Source: Callorhinchus milii (taxonomy: Eukaryota). From it: DNA of 64,000 nt. The position numbers were made by a program, and so were the translations under genes. The notes beneath the pieces were generated by a model. The model searched no databases. It worked only from the letters and a program-made list of their open reading frames with translations, and was not told where the DNA came from. The stretch lies in the NCBI RefSeq assembly GCF_018977255.1, contig NW_024704743.1, positions 65,970,001 to 66,034,000 of the forward strand, given 5' to 3'. Shown piece by piece: positions 1-11,329 of the stretch (positions are counted from its first letter, which is position 1; every line of letters starts with the position of its first letter).

Positions 1-786
1 GCTGTCCTTTCTCCCTCACATCCGCACCACAACTGGCACCGCCTTCCATCACCTCCGGAATATCGCCAGATTACGGCACTACCTCACCCCTCACGCTGCT
101 GAAACCCTGGTTCACGCCTTTGTCACCTCAAGGCTGGACTATGGGAACTCTCTCCTCGCCGGCCTTCCCGCCACCTCCCTCCACAAGCTGCAGGTCATTC
201 AGAACTCTGCAGCTCGTGTACTGTCCCGCACCAGGCTTCGGGACCACATCACTCCCACCCTCGCTCGCCTCCACTGGCTCCCCATCCCCCAGAGGATTGA
301 TTTCAAGATCCTCATCCTCACCTACAAGGCCATTCACGGCCTTGCTCCCTCCTACCTCTCCAACCTACTATCCCCTACCTACCTGCCCGTACCCTCCGTT
401 CCTCTGGCTCCGGTCTGCTCCACGTCCCCCGCCCCAACCGCCCTACTATCGGTGGTCGGGCCTTCAGCCTCTCAGCCCCGAGGCTCTGGAACTCCATCCC
501 CCAGTGCCTTCGCCTTGCTTCCTCCCTTTCCTCCTTCAAGGCCGGTCTCAAAACCTTTCTCTTTGACCGTGCCTTCAGCTCCCCTCTCGACTCTCTTCCT
601 CCTCCTCGCTCCCTCCCTTCCCTCCCCTCACCCTGACCATTTCCCCCTCCTCTCTCCCTCCCTTCCCTCCCCTCACCCTGACCATTTCCCCCCTGCTCGG
701 GTCATGACCCAACTGTGCAGCGCCTTGGGACGTCCTCCTGACGTGAAAGGCGCTCTATAAATGGAATCTTGTTGTTGTTGTTGTTG
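1..786 (+). mobile_element. L2 LINE 3' part (ORF2 C-terminus, 3'UTR, stem-loop, (TTG)n tail); continues off the window's left edge
   Basis: Translates LSFLPHIRTTTGTAFHHLRNIARLRHYLTPHAAETLVHAFVTSRLDYGNSLLAGLP...HWLPIPQRIDFKILILTYKA; 1-bp frameshift near 375; ends GGGACGTCCTCCTGACGTGAAAGGCGCTCTATAAATG...(TTG)n. Confidence 0.95.
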
Positions 787-1486
787 TAGCCACAAGGTAC
801 CACATACATCATTCAAACATTTCCCTTTTTCCTTTTCAAATTGATCATTTATGGTATATTTTAATTGTTAAAAAAAAACTTACTTTGGTTTTAATTCCTA
901 TAAGCATGAAATGTGAGTTTAAAAGTTTTTACACTGCTTTTACAGTGTACTCCTTCCTGCTTGTTCACTTGCCTTTATTTATTTTCTAATACCATTTAGG
1001 TATTTTGTTCATTTGTTCACCTTGTTCATTTCTAGCCTGCCTAACCCACACATCCCTGAACCAAAAAAACAAATCGAAATTCAACAATCCTTAGAGGCCA
1101 AAGAAACATTTCCTGCCAATGCTGAAAAATAATACAAGGAGAGATGCTCACCCTTGACCTGCACATGCACCAGAATTCAAGGATGCTGAGTTAAATGATA
1201 GGTTATTGTTTGCAACTAGGCTGTGTAGGTCTCCATCCCTTTAAAATCAACAAGGTCAAGTACACATTGGGGATGGCTTCACTATTGATAAAATATTCAT
1301 TTCCGCTGCCTACAGTAAGATGCTTTGGTAAACACAGGTTTCAGGCTTGGATTTAGAGTGTCTGAACTTTGAATTTAAGGTTCAGCTGATTTTGTGAAGT
1401 GCTTTGAAACGTCCTCCCGATATGAAGTGACTGCAGCACGTAGTTGATTATGGATTAGTGTAGTTGCAATCACTATCGACAATATA

Positions 1487-1862
1487 ATAATAATAATTGC
1501 ATATCCAGAGGACATCTCAAAATGCTTTCAGGATTTTACTGTGACAGTAAAATCTGTGAGTGTAGTGATTGTGTTTGTGTAGGCAAACATGGCAGCCATT
1601 TTCACAGAACCATGTCTCACAAACTCAAACAGAATGATCAATTTTATTTGGGAGAATTTTTGGCCAGTACAACAGGAGACCCTCCCTTTTCTTTTCAAAT
1701 AGTGCCACAGGATCTTTAGCATTCACCTGAAAATGCTGGCAAGGCCTTGGTTTAATGTCTCATCCAAAGGACAGCACGTCTGAAGGGCATTTCCATAATG
1801 GAGCTTGAATCCACAACCTTCTGACTCAGAGCTAAGAGTGCTCCTAACTGAACCATTTTGAC
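1487..1862 (-). mobile_element. Old Deu-domain SINE (SacSINE1-like)
   Basis: Reverse strand shows tRNA-like head (AGCACTCTTAGCTCTGAGTCAGAAGGTTGTGG), core (GGATGAGACATTAAACCAAGGCC...GATCCTGTGGCACTATTTGAA) and (ATT)n tail. Confidence 0.8.
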
Positions 1863-1974
1863 TCCTTATATGATAGAATACCTTTGCCTATACTAATCAT
1901 GGGATCAGGTAGCCACATTCCCAACTTGAGGCTGTATCTACTTTTGTAGGAAAGCATAGAAGAATAATTTGTCA

Positions 1975-2147
1975 TTCACTTCATGGCTGTGCATGGGACA
2001 ATGGTGTGTGCAAATTGGCTGCTCTGTTTGCCTACAACTACACAGATACAAAACTTTACAGTAATTCCTGTGAAACACTTTGAGAAATCTTGATGACATG
2101 ATAAGGCTCCAAGTGCTATATCAAATGCAAGGATTATCTATTATTAT
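1975..2147 (+). mobile_element. Deu-SINE 3' half
   Basis: GTGTGCAAATTGGCTGC...GCTATATCAAATGCAAGGATTAT. Confidence 0.75.
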
Positions 2148-2250
2148 TCTGACGAAGGGTCATGGACCCAAAACATTGACTCACTTTCCTTTCTCCATAG
2201 ATGCTGCCTGACCTGCTGAGTGTTCCCAGTGATTTCTGCTTTTGTTTTTA
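2148..2250 (+). mobile_element. Penelope-like element terminal-repeat fragment with decayed minimal hammerhead motif
   Basis: CTGACGAAGGGTC-ATG-GACCC-AAAACATTGAC...TCTCCATAGATGCTGCCTGACCTGCTGAG...ATTTCTGCTTTTG; sits inside the ATT tail of the preceding SINE. Confidence 0.7.
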
Positions 2251-2389
2251 ACTATTATTATAACCATTTGATACAGAGCAAAATCACACAAAAAGCCTTG
2301 AGATAGATAATCAATTAATTTGCAAGATTGTGGCACGGGCCTGATGATGTATTGGATAGAGTTGCATTTTATGGATCAGCATCTAGCTG

Positions 2390-2745
2390 GCTAGAATCTA
2401 TGCTGAGTTTGCTGGTCTTAACCATGACTGCATGGGAAGGCAATGGTCAGATTGGGGAAGTTAAAATCAGCCTGGTTTCCTGCTCCTGGTCCCTCTTCAG
2501 CGCTCTTCTTTGATAATATGCACTGTAGCAGCTGGATGAAGAGTGGTAGGACTCAGCTGTGACACATTCTAGATTTGACTGGCTCACCAACACTCACCGC
2601 CAAGGCTCACATATGACCAATGGCTCACATATGACCAATGGCCACTGGAGGCACTGGAGAACAAGTGCCTGTTGAACCACATGCTAGCATGAGGAGGCTG
2701 AGGACCAGAGAAGAGGCACATCACATGCCAATGGGGAGAAAAAGA
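2390..2745 (+). mobile_element. Ancient SINE-like repeat (AmnSINE2-like, tentative)
   Basis: TGCTGAGTTTGCTGGTCT...AAAATCAGCCTGGTTTCCTGCTCCTG...ACACTCACCGCCAAGGCTCACATATGACCAATGGCCAC; related segments near 26340, 32960 and 45110. Confidence 0.55.
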
Positions 2746-3254
2746 GAAAATAGTTGGCAACTCCTCTTCAGAATATTAATGTGTTTAAATGTTTTCAGAA
2801 GCTCCTTGTAATGAATTGTTTGGATAGGCTGTCAGGCAGGTGGTGGCACATCTGTGAGTGATTGTTTGCTCTTAGTAGCTATGGAAATAGGTGTGTGTGT
2901 GCACACATGCTCTTTGCTACACCCAGTGCCATAATATTACATTTGACGATTCTTCAAATAATACAGCTAACTTCTGGTACAATCTGCTCGTGCATTACAC
3001 AAATTAGTAGTAGAGCCATGATCAAATCCTAGCATTGGCTAACAATTACATTCAGATTTCCTTCAGACAGTGACCGTAGCCAGGCCATCAGGCACTGCAT
3101 TAGTAAAGTAGTGCCTTTTCAAAGGACCTTTTGAGAGTGCTCCTGCTGGTATTATTACACAGTACTGTAGCCAGCAGCTAACAGCAACAGTCTTCACGTA
3201 GTGGTAAAAAGATATTATGCAGCAATCATGAAATTTCTAATCCTGCCTCCACAT

Positions 3255-3675
3255 GTACATTTAATACAGCACTTATCATGACAGAATATCTCAAAGCGCT
3301 TCACAGGATTTACTGTGAAATGGAGTGACTATATTTGTAGGCGGCAGCACATTTGAACACAGCAATGTCCCACTCACAGCCATAGAGTGATTGATCAATT
3401 TTCTTTGAGGGATTGTTGGCCAGGACCTGGAGAAACTTCCTTCTTTTTTTGAATAGTTTCATGAGATCTTTAACGTCTACCTGAACAGGCAGACAGGACC
3501 CCAATTTAACATCTCATTCAGAGGATGGCACCTCCAATAATGCAACACCCCCTCCTCCAGCACTGCATTGGAGTGTCAGCTTAGATAATGAGAGTTCAAA
3601 TTCCGACGTGGGATTTTTACCCACCACCTTCTGAATCAGAGGCGAGAGTGCTACTACTGAGTCAAGCTGACACAC
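3255..3675 (-). mobile_element. Old Deu-domain SINE (SacSINE1-like), near full length
   Basis: Head GTGTCAGCTTGACTCAGTAGTAGCACTCTCGCCTCTGATTCAGAAGG; core GTCCTGTCTGCCTGTTCAGGTAGACGTTAAAGATC; L2-like tail. Confidence 0.85.
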
Positions 3676-4016
3676 TGACACAATTTGGATGCCTTGTGAA
3701 AAAGTTGCATGTTGCACCTTTCAAAAACTGACTGTATATGAAACACTGTGTGTGTTTCCTGCAGTGCTGAGAAATCATATCATTTCTATTCTGGGAGTTC
3801 CCTGAACTATTGGTACATAATTGCTGAAATTAACACAAAAACTCTTCTTTGGTTGTAATTGGTTTGGCTTTCAACAACAACAACATGCATTTATATAGTG
3901 TCCCTCACGCAGGCAATATCCCAGAGCGCTATCAATTAGGCCTTGCATTAAACTTACATAATAACTGCCCTGTTTAACTCAAAATCTTGTCACTGTTTGA
4001 ATCTTGTATTATAAGG

Positions 4017-4225
4017 AATCATCATAGAAATTTTACATCACCGAAGGAAGTCATTTGACCCACCATATCTGTGCTGTTGCCAGGTGGAGCTAATCCCTTT
4101 CCCCGCGCCCTTTAATATTATTTTTCATCAAATATAAATCTAATGATCTTTTAAATGCTGTTATGTACTCAACTTTACTGACTATTTGTGATATTACTGA
4201 CTTCATGTAAAAAAAATTCTATCTT
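4017..4225 (-). mobile_element. CR1 LINE 3' end, degenerate
   Basis: Plus strand ATCATAGAAATTTTACATCACCGAAGGAAGTCATTTGACCCA is the reverse complement of a CR1 3' hairpin and TTCTATGAT tail. Confidence 0.6.
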
Positions 4226-5929
4226 TGGATATTCTGAGCTTTGAAATATTTGAAGTCCGGTTTGAAGTGAGGATCTTGCCTACCACTGGTATGTCCTGAA
4301 ACTGCTGCACTGAAAAAGGAATTTTGATGTGACAGAATCAAGTTTTGATTTGAGACCAGAAATCCAAGTTACAAATCCCGATTTAGACTTGCTCCTCTGA
4401 GCTTTACCTGCGCTGACATGCTTGTCATTCAATGCCTGTAATCTGAGAATTGCAGTTGAAAATTGGCGAACCCCATTGTAGTCTCTGTTCCAGGAAATCT
4501 GAAGCACAAAGACAGATGATATTCTGTAACTAAAGCATAAAAGTTCAAGCAGCCTTTTCAATACATACAGCATTAAAAAACTCTTTACTCAAAAACATAA
4601 GGTATTGCAAAAATGAAAGATATTGGCATGTAATGGGTATTTATTCTATTCATTGAAAATCTGATTTCAACATTTTTGTTACTAATATCACATTAGATTT
4701 TATGCTTAACCATGCTTTAATGTAGTTAATAATATTTTCCAAATTATTGTAGCAGGACTCAAAATGAGACAGAACAAAAGTTATTCCAGCCTGCATGGTC
4801 AGTCATGTACTGTACTTATAATTTATTACATGAAAGGACTCCCTGTATCATTAAATAGAAATAAGAATAGGTTCCTCTTCATTCCAGCTCTGGCTCCCAG
4901 TCAATTGTAAAATGCTTTGAGATGTCTTCCCAAATACGAAAGGTGGTATATCAATTATTAGTAGTTCAATTGAATAGTGGTGAAATGTGATTGTTATTAG
5001 GTACCAAGTAGTTTCAACTACTTGTCCAATAACCAATTCATCCAATGTATCAAATATGTGTTGGTTTAAAGATAAGGGGTTTTGTGTCAAAGATACCAAC
5101 AAGTACTTTTCTTGTGAAATCAAACTAGATTTTGAATGATCACAATTCAAATTCAACACAAAATTATGAGTAGCAATCATGTAAGTAACAATGTACAGAA
5201 ATGTACTGCAAATGGATACAAGCATTATTAGATAACAAAATAATTACATTGCTTTGGAAAGCATTGAAAATAAATGATGAACATTAAATTAGACATCATT
5301 TTTACACTGTTTAAAAAATGCTTGTGAAATAAATAATGTGAAACTCACATTGGGACAGATGGCCTTAAAGTCTTTCATGTTTAACTTCTGGGGAATATTC
5401 AGGGTGTGGTTTTAAAAGCACTTTTGGCAACATCAAAGTACTTACCACTGAGATATTTGTGCTTGATTTTCAGATGCATTGCTTCTCATTTTATTGCCGG
5501 TGGCAAGTTAAACTATTAAATCGAAAGTTAGCTAAAATAATTCAACATTATCGCTTCACAAGGCAGAAATGAGGCACTTGCCCTATTCAAATAAATCTAA
5601 TTAATTTTACTTTAGTGAAAAATAGATACGAAGAGATAGCATTTCTATGAGTGTGAATGGATCTCCTATGAAGAATGTTGCAAAAGTGAAAGCTGAATTG
5701 GGTTCAGAGAACTGCAGGAAAACAATAACTCTGAAAAGTCTGTTTGAATTCATGTTAGCATGTAACATAAAAGAATTAATGACAAATGTTCTTCCTCCCC
5801 CCCACCACCGAAAAAAGGATAAAGCTCTACAAATGTTGTCAATATTTCAGTTGAGGAAGTCAACATGTGTTCCATATTCTGGTTAAAAAATGTTATTCAT
5901 AAGTAACCTGCATTTGTCTGACTGATTTC

Positions 5930-6100
5930 ATCAACCTCCCTGAGTGCTCGTGGAGGCTTAACCAAATGGTGTGTAACCTTGGCATTCTACTTGACCCCCA
6001 GCTGAGTTTCAAACCCCCACACTGGCCTATCACCAAGGTTTCCATCTCAGGAACATTGTTCACTTATTCCATTACCTCACTGCCACTGCTGCTGAAACTC
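5930..6100 (+). mobile_element. L2 ORF2 internal fragment
   Basis: VCNLGILLDPQLSFKPH motif (ORF 5966..6310). Confidence 0.75.
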
Positions 6101-6103
6101 TTT

Positions 6104-6537
6104 ACAACAACAAGAAATTACATTTATATAGCGCCTTTCACATCGGGAGGACGTCCCAATGCGCTAGACAGTCAAGGGTTTGTGCCTAAAATGGGATCAA
6201 GAGAGGTGATGGGTAGGGTTAGGAGGGTGACTGAAGGTGCAAAGAGGAGGGTCTTGAAATGGGCATTGAAGGAAGAAAGCGAGGGGCGAGGCGAAGGGAC
6301 TGTGGAATGAAGTTCCAAAGGTTGGGGGTAGAGAGGCTAACGATGGTGGGCCAGGCCGGGAGGAGGACGTGGAACAGGCCAGAGTCCACTGAGCAGAGGG
6401 AGCAGACAGTTGGATATGGGTTTAGCTGGTCACAGAGGTAGGAAGGGGTAAAGCCATGGAGGTCTTTGAAAGCGAGGATGAGGATTGTGAACTCTATCCT
6501 CTGGGTTGGGAGCCAGTGGAGCTGGGCAAAGATGGGT
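6104..6537 (-). mobile_element. L2 LINE 3' fragment
   Basis: Reverse strand has LHWLP and FKDLHG remnants and the GGACGTCCTCCCGATGTGAAAGGCGCTATATAAATG tail. Confidence 0.85.
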
Positions 6538-6544
6538 AAGAGGG

Positions 6545-6857
6545 ATAGTAACTCACTCTAAAGTGACAACCAGTTATGAGCTTCAAAGACTGGATTATGA
6601 AGTACAGTATATAGCCAATTAGCCACATTAAATGAGACTGGCTACATTGTAGTTAAGCAAATAATCCAGATGATTAGCCTTCACACAAAATAAAAATTGG
6701 CTACTTCCAGTCTGCTTGTTCAGGTGGACTTTATAAACCCTGTGGCACTATCTTAAAAGAGCTTCTCCCGGTGTCCTGGCCAGCAATCCCCAGATAAAAT
6801 TGTTCATTCACTACATGATTGCTTGTGGGGCATTTTGGGTGCAAATTGGCTGCCATG
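6545..6857 (+). mobile_element. Old Deu-SINE, interrupted by a young SINE (tail remnant at about 7187-7250)
   Basis: GTCTGCTTGTTCAGGTGGAC...TGGCACTAT...GTGTCCTGGCCA...GTGCAAATTGGCTGCC. Confidence 0.7.
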
Positions 6858-6860
6858 ATT

Positions 6861-7186
6861 ATAATAATAATAATAATAATAATCCTTGCATTTGATATAG
6901 CGCTTTTCACGTCGGGAGGACGTCCCAAAGCGCTTCACAGAACACACTGTAAAGTGAATTGACTGTATATTTGTGGGCGAACGCGGCAGCCAATTGCGCA
7001 CAGCAATGTCCCACAAACAGTCGTAGATTGAAAATGACCAATTTAATTATTGTTTTTAGTTTTGGAGGGATTATTATTAGGCGTGTGGAGTAAGGAAACT
7101 TGCCCAAGGTTTCTCCCTGCCTGGAATTGAACTCAGGTCTCTCACTTGCAAAGCGAGTGCTCTAACCACTGAGCTACAGGACTCCA
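6861..7186 (-). mobile_element. Young tRNA-Ala-derived SINE, short form, full length
   Basis: TGGAGTCCTGTAGCTCAGTGGTTAGAGCA (A box), TGC anticodon loop, GAGTTCAATTCC (B box), Deu-type 3' body, L2-type hairpin, (ATT)n. Confidence 0.92.
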
Positions 7187-7252
7187 CAATATATCTAAGC
7201 AGTTTACAGAAATGTTGAGATGTCATAGGTGCTTAGGGCTTATTATTATATA

Positions 7253-8008
7253 CTAGCTGTACCCGTTGCAGTTACGCTTGCAACCAAAGAATCCAATATG
7301 GAATGTAGATTGACACATAGACAGACATTTCATATTTATCTATACTCATCTGGGAGGAATCCTATGGGAGGACTCATTTTGGCCATGCTGTTCTTTGAGT
7401 GGGCAACTCATTTTGGTGTGCTATTGCAATCATTTCAGCATTGAAGTGCAGCCATGCTCTTATTTGTTCTTTAATTTCATTGAATGGGCCTTCTCTCTTC
7501 TGCCTAGCATTTTTACTTATCTTTGAAAGGTTTGATTTTCACCTAGGTATCTTTACAATGATAAATATAAATGTATAATTTATAATCACTGGGACGTCCT
7601 ACGGACGTGAAAGGGGTTTTAAAAATGTAATTTTGCTGTTGCTGCCACGGCTTAGCTTTGTCTGTGTTCTTTATTTTGTTCCCACTGCTGCTTGGCTACG
7701 TGCGTGCTCTGTGACACAGGATGCCATAGTGCTACGGTCAGCTGACACGGCCATGCACGATACCACAGTGCCACTTTGACTTACACCAGGTGTAACTGCA
7801 GCAAATACGCAACACTGAAATACATGTTAGGTCATACCTCATGAACGATAGGAGTTACCCGAAAACAAATAAGCCCATATCACTCCCAGGTGCAAGACCT
7901 TTCTGGTGAGGTTTAACTCATGTCTTTACTTCAATTGGTTATTTGAGATCCCTCTTGAAGTGCAGATGGATATTGTCATTTTATTATTATTATATATATA
8001 TATGAAGA
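7253..8008 (-). mobile_element. Non-autonomous Helitron-like element, copy 1 (composite)
   Basis: Minus strand starts A|TCTTC and ends GTTGCA-agcgtaac-TGCAAC-GGGTACAG-CTAG|T; several blocks shared with 18827-19385. Confidence 0.72.
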
Positions 8009-8010
8009 TA

Positions 8011-8112
8011 GAAGAAGAAGAAGAAGAAGAAGAAGAAGAAGAAGAAGAAGAAGAAGAAGAAGAAGAAGAAGAAGAAGAAGAAGAAGAAGAAGAAGAAGAA
8101 GAAGAAGAAGAA
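8011..8112 (+). repeat. Pure (GAA)34 microsatellite
   Basis: Uninterrupted GAA run of 102 nt. Confidence 0.98.
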
Positions 8113-8314
8113 AATACACTAGGGCTCCAATGCTGAGAACACAATGAGGAAATGGTTTTGTCAGCAAAGTGACTAACAACCATGGATAGATTAAATGGAG
8201 CAATATCAATATCCTATATCATTCTGCTCTTCAATTCCCCATGGATACCCTTGGTTGGTTCAGCGATCGAATCTACAGTACAAAATGATAGCTTCAGATA
8301 AATATCTGTATAAA

Positions 8315-8510
8315 AAACAACAACAATAACACATTTACAATTATGTAGTGTCTTTCACATCAGGAGGATGTCATGTCTCAAGGTAATGGACAGTCCAGGA
8401 TTTGTACCCGAGCTGGAAGTAGAGGCTGAGAGGTGAGGGGGGAAAATGACCAAAGGCATGGTTTTGAGGTAGACCTTGAGGCAGGTGAGGAAGAGGTGAA
8501 TCATAGGGAC
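8315..8510 (-). mobile_element. L2 3' fragment, degenerate
   Basis: (CAA)n then TTTCACATCAGGAGGATGTC and L2 3'UTR-like sequence. Confidence 0.65.
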
Positions 8511-9844
8511 TTTAAATTTTCTGTTACTTGTGGATTTATGAGACTGATAAAAAGAAGACTGATATGAGAGAACAACAACAAATTACATTTGTATAGCGTC
8601 TTTCATGTCAGGAGGATGTACCAAGGTGCTGGGGCGCCCTTGAGCAAAAATCGAATAACAAATGCATTTGGTGTGGACTAAAGTAAACAGTGATTTGTGA
8701 AGAGATTATATAATAAAAATAACTAATAATCCTTGCATTTGATATAGCGCTGTATCACATTGTCAAGATGCCTCAAAATCATTACCTTACAACATCAATC
8801 AATGCCTGGAATAGATTGCTTGCTGGAGTGAGTAACAGTATCAAAACTTTTGAAAACATGGAAAGCAAAATCTGACATTAAAACAAACACACTCCCACCC
8901 TCATGATCAGACGAATACCATCCAGTTAGATTGAGAATGACCAAATGCGTAGACTTCTATGGCAACGCCATTCATCCATGGTACCCAGTAACCACTGATG
9001 ATTACCATGGAGTCAGTAGCCTCTTGGTGACATTTAAGTAATGATGCCTCCTTTTACTCACATCATTTAACATTCTGAGATGTGCTGATGTAACTGAACT
9101 CAATCTGTAAAGCTAACTACTGTGCCCTTTCTTAACGCTCTTCTTTTCATTAATTGCAGTGAGTCTGCAACTCTTTGCGCAGCTCATTAAAAAGGCCAAT
9201 TCGGTGTACTATACAAAGTGTACTGACAGATTCATTAAATCCAATTGTGATATCCAGGCTACTCCCTATTGTATGTGATTTCATGGCGGTAGCCATTGTA
9301 CACTTGCTTCATGTAATAGAATAGCAATTGCCTGTCCCAAAACACAATGTACAATGAAAGAGGACTGGAAAGGGTCTGTTTCGCCCTTGCAGCATGTGTC
9401 TGCAGTCACGTAGAGGGCACGTGAATGGCTCCTTATTCATCTCTCTTTTAGTTAGGTAATGGGACATTACAGTTCCTGCTACAGTACTGATCAAATTGTG
9501 AAACAAATGTGAAAATTTTGCCAGGATGGCAATATTATAACACATGATTAAGTCGCTCTTCTGATAAAACAGTGCATGTTTTTTTTGTTGTGAGGTTAGC
9601 TTAGAAGAATACTATGTTAAAGCTGCATTTGCCACAAGCATGTGTTAGTGGCTACCTAACAGCGGTTTTAGGTAAATTCATCACTCTTAAGCTAAAGCTA
9701 TCAAAATTCTAAGTGGGTAGGAGGTGGGTGGGAACAGCCTACTGAAGTTTTGCCTCCAGTGGCAGATTATCTTGAGCGGCTTCTGTCCATAGCCACTGCC
9801 GTCAGGAGCTGCTCAAGACAATCTGATCATCCAATAGGGAGTTT

Positions 9845-10115
9845 AGAAGGAACTTTTTTACACAGTGCGTGGGTAAACATGTGGAACGTACTGCTAGGAG
9901 CTGTGGCTGAAACAGATAGCATCAATGTGTTCATAAGGAAACTTGGCAGCAAAGAGAACAGAGGGTAACGAGAGAGGGGATTAGGAGGGATGCAGGTTGA
10001 TGGGGAGAAATGCTCTAGGATGCTATATAAATGCAAATTGTTGTTATTGTTATTGTTGAAATATACACTGGTATAGACTAGTTGGGCTGAATGGCCTGTT
10101 TCTGTACTGTAATGT
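9845..10115 (+). mobile_element. CR1 3' fragment with an L2-type tail at about 10005-10058
   Basis: RRNFFTQ-like segment, then WNVL...AVAETDSINVF; TGGGCTGAATGGCCTGTTTCTGTACTGTAA hairpin. Confidence 0.65.
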
Positions 10116-11084
10116 TTTACTTTATTCTGTGTAATGTATAACATAGCACCACATGGAGTATTTATTGGGTTAATCAAACTTATTTGGAAATCAAATGATG
10201 ATCTGGTCATAAACTGCTGTCTCAGCTAAATAGTCAGAATAACGTGCATAACCCACTGTTCATTAATGCTAGTGCAAACCTATTTTTTACCCCAATGTGA
10301 CCCTTTCTACCACTGAAACCCATTCAGTGTTGCTATGGCTTTCAGTTGAACCACTTTTGTCTTGCAAGAGAAAATCCAATTAACTTTTTGATGAACTCCT
10401 CCGAGTGTTTGGGTAACTTTTAGTGTTCAGCCATGCTGAATTGCCTTTTGTCCACAGAGTCAAAATGTGAGAGTAGTTCCAACTTATACAAAATGATACA
10501 TTGCAATGATGTGAGGACTATGGAAACAAAATTTGCCTTGTGATATGAGATAGAAATGCTGGGGTAAAATTTCTAAAATGAATACAAGGAACAAACATGT
10601 GATTAAATGCAGCAAATTCTGTATGAAGAATAGCAGACTGCTGAAATAGTGCAATTTGATAATGCATTGGTCTAAAATGGAATTCGCTAACTCACGACAA
10701 CTCACAGTTGTTAATGGGGAACCTTGACAAAAAGTGATAGAATACCAGAGCGGTCTTGCAGAATTCCCTGCTGAGGATTCTCTATCAAAGGTGCCCAAGA
10801 ATGTGTTTGCAGAAAAGCAGTTTCAGTGATGATATTTAGCTTCTATGTACCAAACTTTTAACAAGAGCTGCTGAATAATAAATACTAATTAATAATAATC
10901 CTTGCAATTGATATTGTGCCTAAAACATGAAAATGTCTCAAAGGGCTTCATAGAGATTTTCTGTAAAGGGAAGTTGTTGTGCATTTGTAGACAAACACTG
11001 CAGCCAATTTGCACATAGCAATATCTCTAATATAACTCAATCCAAATCAAGGGTGTGTTATTAGGCTTCTTTAGTTTTCTCAAT

Positions 11085-11240
11085 CCACAACTGTTTGTGG
11101 GACACTGCTGTGCGCAATTGGCTGCTGCATTTTGCCCTCAAAATATAGTCAATACACTTTACAGTATATTCTGTGAAACACTTTGAGACGTTTCGAATAC
11201 GTGATAAGGCGGTATATCAAATGCAAGAATCATTATTATT
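11085..11240 (+). mobile_element. 5'-truncated young SINE
   Basis: CTGTTTGTGGGACACTGCTGTGCGCAATTGGCTGC...TATATCAAATGCAAGAATCATTATTATT. Confidence 0.8.
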
Positions 11241-11329
11241 TATTTGTCAATCCAAACACTCAATAATCCACCACCCTAAACCACACACTTTGTCCCACTA
11301 CTCCCAGCAGTGTCCTTTTGTACTTTGTG

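Noticed and set aside
4851..5225. 124-aa ORF in AT-rich DNA
   Set aside because: No recognisable homology; probably a chance ORF
7906..8209. Poly-E, poly-S and poly-L ORFs
   Set aside because: Translations of the (GAA)34 microsatellite
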